From the NCBI RefSeq assembly GCF_001194135.2, contig NC_068982.1, positions 42,442,113 through 42,488,490 of the forward strand: a DNA stretch of 46,378 nucleotides, written 5' to 3'. Below, one piece after another: positions 23,136 to 35,129 of this stretch. Each line of letters begins with the position of its first letter. Positions within the stretch are counted from its first letter, which is position 1. The notes beneath the pieces were generated by a model. It worked only from the letters and a program-made list of their open reading frames with translations, did not search any database and was not told where the DNA came from. Both the position numbers and the translations under genes were made by a program. The DNA comes from Octopus bimaculoides (lineage: Eukaryota).

Positions 23136-24295
23136 ATTCATCATAGATATTAAAAGATTTTCACAAAATGTTGTATTCTGCGTATTTTCAAAATAATTTT
23201 GATCTGAATCTAAATTTTTTTCGTTTTTCCTTAATTTTATAATTCATTAATCAGTTACCAGGGTTTCAAACTTCTCGGCAGTGATTGCAGGGATAACCTA
23301 AACCAACAAAATGAATATATTTTATATTATATTAAAACTATAAACATTTTTGTTTGTAAACTCCCCATGTTCGGAAAGATCAGGGGACTAACGAAAGTTT
23401 AACTTAGCAAACTTTTAGAATTTTCAATTGAAAATGGTGATATCTTAGTCGTTTCACAAACCCAGTGATTCCATAATCCATTAATGTGAAATCTAATTTT
23501 ACCCAACGCAATTTTCCGTGCTAGAACTTTATCAATTCTGTTGTCGATTTTTCAACTTTGGAGGCTTAAAATAGGATGAAAGACAAATATGATCCTAACA
23601 GAATATGACACATCAGGAAGGAAATTAAATATGAAAACATTTACTCTCTCACCCATTTAAATTTCTGCCAAGTCACCATATGTATATATGAAACGATCAT
23701 CATTCGGCGACGTGAATCCTACAGCTATTCACATTGCCATGAAGATACAGCAAAATTCACTAAGTAAACGCGGTGACTACTCTATATTTAATGTACTTCA
23801 CATGACAGTAATAATGAAATAACTGTAAATACAATTTAGTCATGTGAAATAAGCTTTAAATGTTGTAGGCCTACCTAACGTGACCTTATTAACCTTGGGG
23901 TCATGTTTATCATGAGATTTAATAGATCACACTGTAATCATTTGATATGAGAAGTCATTAATTCTGATGTGGTATTTATTGTCCATGTAATACATCTAAG
24001 CAGCACACGTTGATCTGAATAAAATCCCGTAGACAGAAATGTAATATAATTCAAGTGCATGGCTGTTTGAATCAACGCAAAAGAAAAGAAAACAAAAGAA
24101 ACAAGACGTAAAAGAAAGCGAATAAGTGCTAAGGAAAGCAAAAGGAACAAATGTTCAATGCACTATGTTCTACATGATAATTGTTTACACACGCGCACAC
24201 AGCTTATTGTATATACGAAAGCTGTTTTTCCTGAGATGTATATTAAACAACACGCAGATGTCTGTACTTCGTGCAAGTTTGTGCTCGATATAAAC

Positions 24296-24445
24296 AGGCG
24301 CAGGAGTGGGTGTGTGGTAAGTAGCTTGCTTACCAACCACATGGTCCCGGGTTCAGTCCCACTGCGTGGCACCTTGGGCAAGTGTCTTCTACTATAGCCT
24401 CGTGAGTTGATTTGGTAGCGGAAATTGGAAGAAGCCTGTCGTATG
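24296..24445 (+). mobile_element. SINE B 5' part
   Basis: GGCGCAGGAGTGGGTGTGTGGTAAG...GGCACCTTGGGCAAGTGTCTTCTACTATAGCCTCG. Confidence 0.88.
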
Positions 24446-24570
24446 TGTGCATCGATACACCAAAACTGAAAGCGATCTGAGCAAAATTAAGTGGGGCGCA
24501 TTTTGCAAATGAGAAAGACAAGATCCGAAATAAGAGCTAAACGCTCTAATGCTGCAGGTAAAGCATGTAG

Positions 24571-24912
24571 TTGTATACATACATGCTGACCGGGATCATA
24601 ATAGCTCGAAAAGCAGCAAGCGAGACATTCTCAGACTGACCGGTCAGTTTTGGCTTTTGCCGTAGCCTCTTCTCGGTTATAGTTCTCATTGTTGGTGCAC
24701 ATTTCATTACTGCTGCGTAAATAAATTATTTGTATACACATTAGCGATTCGCTAAATCATCGACAGATTTGGCGTATACATACATGCTGAGAGCGATCGT
24801 CAACTGGAATTAGCCGAGTCGGGCGAAAGCCGAAACTGACCGATCAGTCTGGGAATATATCGACCGCTGCTTTTCGGGCTATTACGGACCCTTGTCAGCA
24901 TTATGTATACAA
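24571..24912. mobile_element. MITE with roughly 90-bp TIRs
   Basis: TTGTATACATACATGCTGAC...AATAGCTCGAAAAGCAGC...CAGACTGACCGGTCAGTTTTGGCTTTTGCC is mirrored at 24821-24912 (about 80% identity by eye). Confidence 0.85.
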
Positions 24913-25389
24913 TTAAGTGCTTTGAATACAGCATTACACACACACATACACACACGCGCACACACACACACACACAGACACACACACACGCGCACACACA
25001 CACACAGAGTATAACGTTTCCGCCCCCTTTTACTCTATTTTTCTTATATTTCATTTTGTAAGAAAAACCAAGACGCGCATAATTCTCTTGTGATAATTCT
25101 CTTTTAATACCAACTGAAGAAAATAAAAACAACCCTAAACACAACAACAGCAGCACCACCGACAAAAGTAAACAACAGCGCCACTAACAAAAGCAACAAC
25201 AGCGACAACAATAACAATAATAACAAAAGCACTCAGAGAGCGCAAACCTTCGCCAAGGCAACATCAACGACCTCTCAACGATTAACCAGAGATGATTTTT
25301 AAAATGAGAATATCTGAAATAAACTCGACTGCTCTCACAAACGAGAATACTAAAAATGAGCCAAACCGCTCTCAAAAATTAAGTAAAAA

Positions 25390-25600
25390 GAAACAGGAAA
25401 CATAATCCAGAATCCTTGTCCGGTACCGGATCGATCCCAAGATCTAATCAGTTCGTGCCAGTTACAAGGCCAAACAGTCCTGAAAGTTTCATCCAAATCC
25501 ATCGAGCGGTTCTTGAGATATCTTGTCCACGGACAAACAAACAAACAAACACGACTGAGAACAATATCTCCGCCTTTGCTAAGTCGGAGGTAATTATAAT
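25390..25600 (-). mobile_element. DINE-1/HINE-like (Helentron-associated) non-autonomous fragment
   Basis: Minus strand: stem-loop ATTACCTCCGAC..GGCGGAGATATT, then (TGTT)n, then ATATCTCAAGAACC..GATGGATTTGGATGAAACTT; this is the DINE-1-type layout. Confidence 0.6.
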
Positions 25601-25769
25601 AATGAAAATAAAGATGTCGGCAATCAAGAATGTTAATAGTAAAAATAATAACAATAAGAGATACCCATATATGAATATGACGAGTAATTGGTAGTCGGCA
25701 GCCTGAGGACATTCCAAAGCTATATGGTTTCATAGATGATCTTGACTTAATAAATATATCTAAAACCGA

Positions 25770-25900
25770 CAACAACAACAACAACAACAAAAACAACAAC
25801 AACAACGACGACGACAACAACAGCAACAACAGCAACAACAGCAGCAACAGCAACTGCGCCAACAACAACAACAACAACAACAACTGTATCAACAACAATG
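25770..25900. repeat. (CAA/CAG)n trinucleotide repeat
   Basis: Direct reading. Confidence 0.95.
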
Positions 25901-26056
25901 AGACAGAAAACTTAAAATCCATCAAATCTCAGCTAAACTCACCCACCTAAGCCGGAAAAAGAAATTGGCATGCCTTGACTATCAACTTAGTCAACAGCAC
26001 GCGCACACTCAAGTACACACTTACCCTTTGCACATGAGCACGTGTTGGCATATACA

Positions 26057-26087
<31 letters not shown>

Positions 26088-26101
26088 GTACACATATATA
26101 A

Positions 26102-26137
<36 letters not shown>

Positions 26138-26213
26138 NNNNNNNNNNNNNNNNNNNNNNNNNNNNNNNNNNNNNNNNNNNNNNNNNNNNNNNNNNNNNNN
26201 NNNNNNNNNNNNN

Positions 26214-26258
<45 letters not shown>

Positions 26259-26603
26259 ATATATATATATGTATGTATGTATGTATGTATATATATAAGC
26301 GTTGTACGATAAAAAAGGGATGCTAGAAACATTTCGACAACATCCCAGGAGAACCATTTCTTACGGAAATTCATAAGTTTGTGCTGACAAGTACTGCGCA
26401 CATCCTTAGAAAAACCATATCAGTTTAAATGTTTGTGTCGCATTAAATGGAAGTATTTCTCTACTGCCCTCATCAGATCCACTCACGAAGCTTTCAGTTA
26501 TATTTGAACATCTCTTAACTTTCACTTGCTCTAGGCAAGTGATTGTATAAAACATGCAAATTAAGAGTAAGCGACAGTGATAATAATCCTTCCTACTATA
26601 CAC

Positions 26604-26862
26604 ACGAGACCTGAAATTTGGGGGAGGGAGATAGTCGATTACATCGACCCTAGTATTTCACTGGTACTAAATTTACCGACTCCGAAAGGATGAAAGGCAA
26701 AGTCGACCTCACTCGAATTTAAACTCAGAACGTGAAGACGGAAAAAATACCGTTAAGCATTTCCTCCAGCGTGCTAACGATTCTGCCAGATCACCACTTT
26801 TCAGTCAGCTCACTGTTACCTTTGAGCCAGCTCACCGCCACCTTTGAGCCAGCTCGCCACCT
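26604..26862 (-). mobile_element. SINE family A with reiterated 5' head fragments
   Basis: Body 26604-26795; CCTTTGAGCCAGCTC(AC)CGCCAC repeated at about 26819-26862. Confidence 0.85.
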
Positions 26863-27217
26863 TCATAATAATAAAAAAAGAAATGTGATAGAAACTTTGC
26901 TTGTTCAGTATTGGCAAAATGACTCCCAGGAACAGAGCAAGAGATAATATGCAACAGTGGAATCGATTCTTATTTATCCAGTAGTTATACAAGGAGATCT
27001 GGCTCTCCGTCGGTTACGATGAGTGTTCCAGTTGAAAATGTGCACGGAGTGGCTAGCAAAATAAGTTGTAGAAAAATATTATTGTTAAGTTATTTATTTA
27101 GCATATTCCTGTAGTTATTGCGAGGATCATAAGATAGTATCATAAAGCTAACTATAATAATTATGCAGTGAGAATATTTGACTTACACTTACAATTTATT
27201 ATTGGTTTTGTCTTGAG

Positions 27218-27401
27218 CAGTGCATCGCAACCTTTTTTCACTCGCGGCACACTTATATTCTTTTTCAAAATTCGGCAGCAAACCTGAACTAAAATATAAC
27301 AAAAGTATCGGGGAAAAATTATGTTCAGGTTACACTGCGGCACACCTACCATCGTCTTATGGCACACCAGTGTGCTGTGGCATACCGGTTGCGGAGCACT
27401 G
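27218..27401. mobile_element. hAT (Charlie-type) MITE
   Basis: TIRs CAGTGCATCGCAACC / GGTTGCGGAGCACTG; internal GCGGCACAC motifs; flanks resemble a decayed NTCTAGAN target. Confidence 0.8.
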
Positions 27402-27564
27402 ATTTAGGAGTAAAAATTGCGCCCACAATCTTTGTAAGAGTTCGAAAACCTTTGAGATTGATGCAGTTTTATGTTCCTCTTGCATAGTTCCAAATTGACA
27501 GTTACATGGTATTCACCGTTTGTGCCAGTTTAGCAGCTTTATATACGGTTAGTAGTTGCTTTTA

Positions 27565-27863
27565 GATTATTTGTCGACCCTGAAAAGACGAAAATGAAGT
27601 CGACTTCAGTAATATTTGAACTCAAAACGTAAAAGAACTTGACTAAATATTGGTTTCACATTTTGGTACAAGGCCAACAATTTCGCGGGAGAGGATTAGT
27701 CGATTACATTGACCTCAGTGCTCTACTGATACTTATTTTATCGACCCTGAAAGGATGAAAGGCAAAGTCAACGCCAGCCGAATTTGAACTCAGAAAGTAA
27801 AGACAGACGAAATGCCGCTAAGCATTCTCTTTGGCAAGCTAGCGATTCTGCCACCTCACCGCC
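27565..27863 (-). mobile_element. Two tandem SINE A copies (partial 27565-27646, full 27647-27863)
   Basis: Reverse-complement homology to 482-692. Confidence 0.85.
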
Positions 27864-28554
27864 TTAACCTTAATAAATATTGTTAAATTTGTCTACGAAT
27901 TTTTATAGATTCCGCACTTGACCACCCTTGTTCATCATCCGTTACCCTTTACAGTTATAAAACTCGAATAAATTACCCTTCTTGTTTATTGATATTTTTG
28001 TTTTCTACAAATATATTTTCAATGCTCCCTTGGTTACTCTTAGCTTTCTAGATAGTAGTTTCATTCGAATTGGAAAATGCCTTGTGACAGGTCTTCAATG
28101 CACCTCTGCTTTACTGTCACCAGTTATTATGTAGTAAGCATATTCCTTTCGTCTATCCATAAATCGGCTCCTTTGGCGTATCGGTTCTCTCTTGTATTAT
28201 CCAGCACATGTCATGTTTTATTGGTCAGTTTTCTGCAAAAACCAAAAATAAACAAACAGATTGATGTCAGGTTCGCCATCAGAGTGTCATCTTCCATTAT
28301 ACGCTATCAGTATGAAAGTCCACTTATACTCGGTTATAATTCTCGTGTTCAGTAATACTAAACATTTCCAGAATAAATTCTCCGTCATATTAATTTAACA
28401 AGTAGAGAACAGGAGATATCTCAAGTTTCTTTCTCACCTCTCTTCTCTTGAAATATCCAGTGTTCTTTTTTCAGGCCATTCATTTATGAAGGCACGTGTG
28501 TATATGTAATTTCCTGCATCTGTTTATGTATACAAATGAATCAGCACATACTCG

Positions 28555-28990
28555 AGAGGGAGAGAGAAGAGAGACGGAGAAAAGGTGAAAGAAGAGAGAG
28601 AGAAGCAGACAAGGAGAGAGACGGAGAGGCAATAGCAGGAAAAGAGAGGGAGAGACAGAGAGACGATACAAGAGGGGAGAAGGAAAGGGAGAGAGGGAGA
28701 GAGAAAGGGCGAGAGGGAGAGAGAAAGGGCGAGACAGGAGGAAAGAGGGAGAGAGCGAGAGAGAGGAGGAGAAAGAGGAAAGAGAGGAGAGCGGGAAAGA
28801 GAGGGAGAGACTGCTGGAGAGCGGGAGAGACAAGACGAGAGATGAAGACAGGAGGAAAGATGGAGAGAGGGGGAGAGATAGAAGAAGAGAAGGAGAGAAT
28901 GGGAGAGAAAAGGAGAGGGAGAGACAGGAGGGGAATGGGAGGGTGATGGAGGAGAGAGGTGAAGGATGGAAAAAAAGAGAAAGAATTTAA
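28555..28990. repeat. Purine-rich (GA) low-complexity tract
   Basis: The + strand is almost entirely A/G with sparse C. Confidence 0.95.
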
Positions 28991-29160
28991 TGAAGAGAGT
29001 GTACGCATCTTCGTGTGTGAATGTGTGTGTGTGTGTTTNNNNNNNNNNNNNNNNNNNNNNNNGGGTGAGCGAGGGAAATATGGTAAAGGAGAAAATTTGG
29101 GAGAGAGGGAAATAACAAGAGGGGTTGAGAGGAAGCTAGAAAGAGAGCATGACCTACGAA

Positions 29161-29391
29161 AAGGACACTGAAGGACCTTAAGACAAGGACACTGAAGGAC
29201 CTTAAGATAAGGACACTGAAGGACCTTAAGACAAGGACACTGAAGGACCTTAAGACAAGGACACTGAAGGACCTTAAGATAAGGACGCTGATGGACCTTA
29301 AGACAAGGGCACTGAAGGACCTTAAGATAAGGACACTGATGGACCTTAAGACAAGGACACTGAAGGACCTTAAGACAAGGACACTGAAGGA
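29161..29391. repeat. 24-bp minisatellite (AAGGACACTGAAGGACCTTAAGAY), 9 full units + partial
   Basis: Units start every 24 nt from 29161; 0-2 substitutions per unit. Confidence 0.98.
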
Positions 29392-30422
29392 TTTTTCCAG
29401 TATCCTCTCAGTTTAACTCTGTATGAAATAAGTTTAGATTATATTTATGCATACCTCATAAAATATATGTGTATACATAACTGAGTGTATTTGAACATGT
29501 TTACACACTCTATACAGCTTTACACTCAGCTCACACATACGCCCTCCCCTTCTCTCTCTCTATGCATGTATAGGGAGAGGAGAAATGGGGAGAGAGAGAG
29601 GGTGAGTGTTCTTATCAACAATTCAAACAGTAGACCTCTTACAAAACCCATGACTGAAGCGCTATCCGGATTTTACCACTTATGATTCCTGTTAAGGATC
29701 CGGTTTCTCCATTTGGTTTATAAATAGTAAACAAATGTCCAGCAATAATACAGATCAGGTCTTAGCAAATTGTTTTGCCCATAAATATATAATATTTGGA
29801 AGTATTTTCAATAAGAGATTCCTCTTTAGAACGTGTGTCAAAAATTGTGTCGAAATTGCAATATTGAAAGCAAAATGACTATCAGCATTTCAAATAAAAT
29901 CCTCAAAAGCTAAAGTGGCATTAAAAACAAGACTTTCCGCCTCAAACTCAGGAAATATTTTAGTTCTGAGCACTTACAGGCTTCGTTAGGGATGGTTGAA
30001 AAGTAACCTATTTATATACTTAATCGTTAAATCTTCATTCAGCAACGACCCATAATCGTTAATCGATCATCAGTTTGTTTCCTCATTATGCTTCCTATAT
30101 TGAAACTAAAACAATATTTGACGAACACATACATTACATTTTCTATTTAACATTTGTCAAAAAAAAAAAAAAAAAAAATTCTAAAAGACTGCATCTGTTC
30201 GAAGATTCTTGACAGCTTACAATCTTAAGTAATGACCCATTAGAAAATGTTATCCTACACACCAAATTAAAGAACTATTGAATACGGTTAGAAAACATGA
30301 CAATTGGTCCCTTAGTGGTAACTTAGGTTAGAGAACGACTACTATTAAATGCAAGCAGTGACCGTTTAATTCAGACATGTTGCATTTCTTTCTCTTCATG
30401 TTTTTTCCTTTCTCATCTATCC

Positions 30423-30460
30423 TTTTCGAAGCAGAGCGTAGGCTCGAAACGTTTAAAGAC
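30423..30460 (+). ncRNA. Degenerate minimal (dimer-type) hammerhead-like motif
   Basis: CTTT-TCGAAGCA-GAGC-GTAG-GCTC-GAA-ACGT-T-TAAAG: perfect 4-bp stem II, palindromic ACGT stem III, mutated core. Confidence 0.5.
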
Positions 30461-31659
30461 TTCTTCCAATGTTCCTGAGTGTAAGTCTCATGACACCTTA
30501 TCTGTTGTTCTCTTATTTCATCTTTGTTCTTATTTTTTAACCATTCACACACATTTTTTTTCTAATATTTACACACTACTGTCTATATATTTAACTACTT
30601 CCAATTTCACCCCTCCCAAAAAGTGTGTGTGTAATTTATCTATAAACGTAACATTAAACATGAGTTAATTTCTGAAATTTTGGCGAAATTAACATCTTGT
30701 CTATTTGTTATCATATTCTGCATTTAGATTTAATAAGCAATACTTGGCATTGTATTTAGGAAATGTTAAAATATTTTATGTATTATAGAAATATAACCAA
30801 TTTATCGCACATAAATTTTAACAGTAAAATCTTATGTGCAACCCCTATGGTCATATGGACGCTGGTTGAGAATCACTGGTTGAGAGTAAAACCATAAAAT
30901 AGCAGCAATGGTAGCATGTCAGGCGATATATATCGCGGTATTTTATTAAGTCCTTTTGCATTTGAATCCGAATCATATTGAAATGAATTTAGAATAATTG
31001 AAAAACACATACTAGTAATATGTTGGTTGGTTCAATTGCTTACAGAAATCTCCTGCAGATTCCTGTATTATATGTTAAATGTAAGAAATCGATATGATGG
31101 AAAACTGTATATTCAGTGATGATAAAAATCACACTCTGCAGGTCAACTTTCACCCAATGTAAATAAAACAATAGAGCAATATAAACGAAAAGACGAATAT
31201 CAAATCTACAGCATTCGCAAAGCAAAACAAAAATACCTACCACCCACAAATGATAATCATATAACAGACAAAATAAAAGAGAAGACAAAACCGAAAAATA
31301 ACAAATGCAAACAGTTCACTCTCCACCGAAGTAGACCTGTCACAGGTTACATACAAACAAAAGGAGAGAAAAAAATATGTATCTTGTTTAAAATAGTGTC
31401 GGCCAAGCTTATCTTGGTATGTGAGCTCATATAACACAGATTAAAGTCCAGTTGGAGTCGGCCTGCCTACACAAAACGATGTCAAAGCATTAGACACCCT
31501 GCTCTTTAGTCCGACATCATTTCTTACCTAAGTTATTGTCATAGTCATCGTCATCCCCATATTTGCTGTTGTAGTCTCTCACTCCCACCAAAAGGTGTAA
31601 AAACAAAAGCAACAACAAAAAACACGTACGGAAAAATATTATTGAACAAATATACACGT

Positions 31660-31723
31660 TCGTTTATGTCTGTCTGTCTGTCTGTTTGTATGTATGTATG
31701 TATGTATGCATGCATGTGTTTAT

Positions 31724-31754
<31 letters not shown>

Positions 31755-31895
31755 TATTTATATGTGTGTATATATATGTGTGTGTGTGTGTGCGTGAGTG
31801 TGTGTGTGTGCGTGAGTGTGTGTGTGTGCGTGAGTGTGTGTGTGCGTGAGTGTGTGTGTGTGAGTGCATATATATGTACACACACACACACACAC

Positions 31896-31980
<85 letters not shown>
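31660..31980. repeat. Compound microsatellite block (TGTC/TATG/TG/CA/TA)
   Basis: Direct reading. Confidence 0.97.
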
Positions 31981-31984
<4 letters not shown>

Positions 31985-32692
31985 TAAAAAGCTGATGTAC
32001 ACGAACTATGATCATTGCTAGAAATAGCAGCCGGTAAGCTATCGGTGCTACGTAGAGCTTTAATGAATGTTTACAGGCAGAGAAGTGTGCGGGCGGTGAT
32101 TATAGGAAAATCCCGTCTTACCTCCACGGAGGCCGTTAGAGGAATGAAGGATAATTCAATACAACAGTTTCAAACTTTTTCGATCACATGCGTGAGCGCA
32201 AATCCGATTGGTCATCGTAAGTTGAATCTACCCTTGACGACAAAGTTTTAAAATATTCACTACATCTCTGCTTGTTTACTCGGTTGAAATCCCCAGTTAA
32301 AATCAGAACCAAGATTAGTGAAAAGATATGCAAGAAATATAAATATCTTTTCACTGATCTTAGTTCTGATTTTAACTGGGGATTTCAGCCGAGTAAACAG
32401 GCAGAGATGTAGTGAATATATTAAAATTTCGTCGTCAGCGGTAGATTCAGCTGAAGATGACCAATCAGATTCGCGCTCACGCATATGGTCCAAAATGTTT
32501 GAAACTGCAGTATTGAATTATCCTCCATTCCTCTAACGGTCTTCGTGGAGGTAAGACGGGATTTTCCTATATTCACCGCTCGCAAACATCTCTGCCTGTA
32601 AACATTCAGTGAAGCTCTACATTGTACCGATAGCTTACCGGCTGCTATTTCTAGCAATGTTCGTTGTTCGTGTACATCAGCTTTGTATATTT
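31980..32692. mobile_element. Long foldback element (about 350-bp arms, about 13-nt loop)
   Basis: Arms 31980-32329 and 32343-32692; about 32 mismatches in about 325 nt by manual alignment. Confidence 0.92.
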
Positions 32693-32767
32693 ATAATTCT
32701 ACGTTTTATGGTGCTTTATTCTTGCTGGTTGTAATATTGTTTTTAATAATATTTATACTTCTTGTAT

Positions 32768-32822
<55 letters not shown>

Positions 32823-34078
32823 CAGATATACCACTGTAATTTGCTATGTGTTTTTGTTCGTGGTCACGACGGGAGCGGGAAATTGAAATGAAAATTGGAA
32901 ATAATGTGAGTCACTATAGGAAACTTTTAATATAGCTGAGTGGAAAGAGAAACAATTATATTTACAGTGATACCCAGTAATAAAATGAAACGAAGATTTT
33001 GTTTTCAAAAACTGTGTTATCCTATGTCATAATTTCATTTTACTGTAATGCATAAGGTGAAGAATATTATAAATTTTACCAACACAGATAAATAGTAGAA
33101 ATTTAATGTTTGTGATAGTGAGTATCCATCTATATTCTAATAGAGAAAGCTGTTTATTAATTAAATATGTAACAGTTACTAAAAGAAAACAATTATTAAA
33201 GGCTTGACCGTCTGGAAATTTTTTTTATAAATTCAAGTTCCAGGAAATTGCCTGTAATTTCGATTTCTGAAGTTTATTGAATATTTCAACTACAAATTTT
33301 CATAAATTTAAATATTCGTTGCATTCACTGTGGAGTAGATCTTAATGTTTAATAAACAATATTATTCATTTGAAACATTCTCTCACTCTCTGACGCCTCT
33401 ATTTTCATTAACGATAATTTAATATATATTCATCCCAATGTTTTCATTTCAAGTTTTAATTCACTATTTGCAAAATCCACAGTTTATTCTATATATGTAA
33501 TTAAAAAAAGATATTTATTGAATGAATGAATGCTATTAGACAAAATAGCTGTATAACTTTGAGGTTTATGATACGAGGCACAATTTCAAGAATATCAGTT
33601 TCCAGAGTTTGTTAAATGAATATTTTTGATAAAATGAAAATTTTTTAACACACCAGTATAATTTTTTAAAAATTAAGAAGTGATTTTGCTGGTATGGCTG
33701 TTTGGAACGCTATAAGCCTTACAATAATAACTATGTGATCGCTGCTATTTCTAGCACGCTAAACGTAGTTGGGTTACCTTGAAATTTGTTTAAATTAGAT
33801 ATATATTACAACTGCGATAAATTACTGAAAGAAATATTTACTAAATATTTATTAAATGCGATTTTTTATGAATTGAAGTTTTCAGGAAAATTTAATTTCT
33901 GAATTTCCTTTTATTATTGCATATTTCATGTACACAAATTTGAATATTCGGTACAAGATAGTTTTTAGCTTTTATAGGTTTGACTGTCTTGAAAATTTTT
34001 ATAAATTCATCGATAAAAAAGTAGTTTCGAAGCATCTGTTATCTAATATCACAAATTTATATATTCGTNNNNNNNNNN

Positions 34079-34111
<33 letters not shown>

Positions 34112-34803
34112 CTCTAATTGTTTTCATTAATAATAATTTACTTAATATATATTCATTGCAAATTTTTTATTTCAAGCTCTATTTCTTTATTTCGGATGAG
34201 AAAATCAGGTATTTTGTTTACTTAAATTCTCTGTGTAAATGCCTCCAGTTTATTGTTTAGACACACTGGAAAACATTATATTGAACAACATATTTAAACT
34301 TGCTGAAGCTTCGAACTCATGCGATATATTTCGTTTCCGTCGATAGCTAAGAATTATCAAGTAAATTTGTTGCTATGCCTATTTGATACGCTATAGGTGT
34401 TAAAACATCTCTATGCTTTTTTTTTGCACACTAAACTTAGTTGAACTACCTTGATGTTTGTTTAAAAGAGAAAGATTATGACTGTGATAAAAAACGAAAG
34501 CAGTATTTATTAAGCAAGTGAGTACTATTATACAAAGAAATAATTAGACGTAAAATATCATAAAAAATATTAGTATTGAGAATCAAATGTGAAAATATTA
34601 TCAAGTGTCGAGCAGAAAGCAGCCCGGAGGTCGGTCTTTCTGCCAGTTATACGTAAAGATCAAATATTAATGTCCAATATATTAATTTTTGTTCAGGTTT
34701 CATTTACAAGTATATCATTCGGTCTTTACATATACATAATACTTAAGGTCTATATCAAGGTATGGGGCACTTCGTAATAACATCAATGCATGTAAGATAT
34801 AAC

Positions 34804-34851
<48 letters not shown>

Positions 34852-34928
34852 NNNNNNNNNNNNNNNNNNNNNNNNNNNNNNNNNNNNNNNNNNNNNNNNN
34901 NNNNNNNNNNNNNNNNNNNNNNNNNNNN

Positions 34929-34987
<59 letters not shown>

Positions 34988-35129
34988 ATAAGTATAATCT
35001 TTTCTTTTTTTCTATTGTCACGAGGTCTACGATTAGGTATAACGATAACATTCAACACAAGTTTATTATAAAGTTTTTACAAATCTGTCCTTCCTTATTT
35101 AAGCAGGTAACCTGTCAAGGCTCTCCAGA

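Noticed and set aside
26445-26480. CTGATGA...GAAA on the minus strand (similar CTGATGA hit at about 43579 on +)
   Set aside because: No stem II or stem I pairing; expected chance matches
29161-29391. CRISPR-like array
   Set aside because: Units are contiguous with no unique spacers, there are no cas genes, and the context is eukaryotic; it is a minisatellite
30845-30880. hAT-like terminus GGTTGAGAATCACTG
   Set aside because: No matching left TIR found, so it cannot be delimited as an element
32015-32657. Duplicated small protein MLEIAAGKLSV...
   Set aside because: Mirror translations of the foldback arms; no coding evidence
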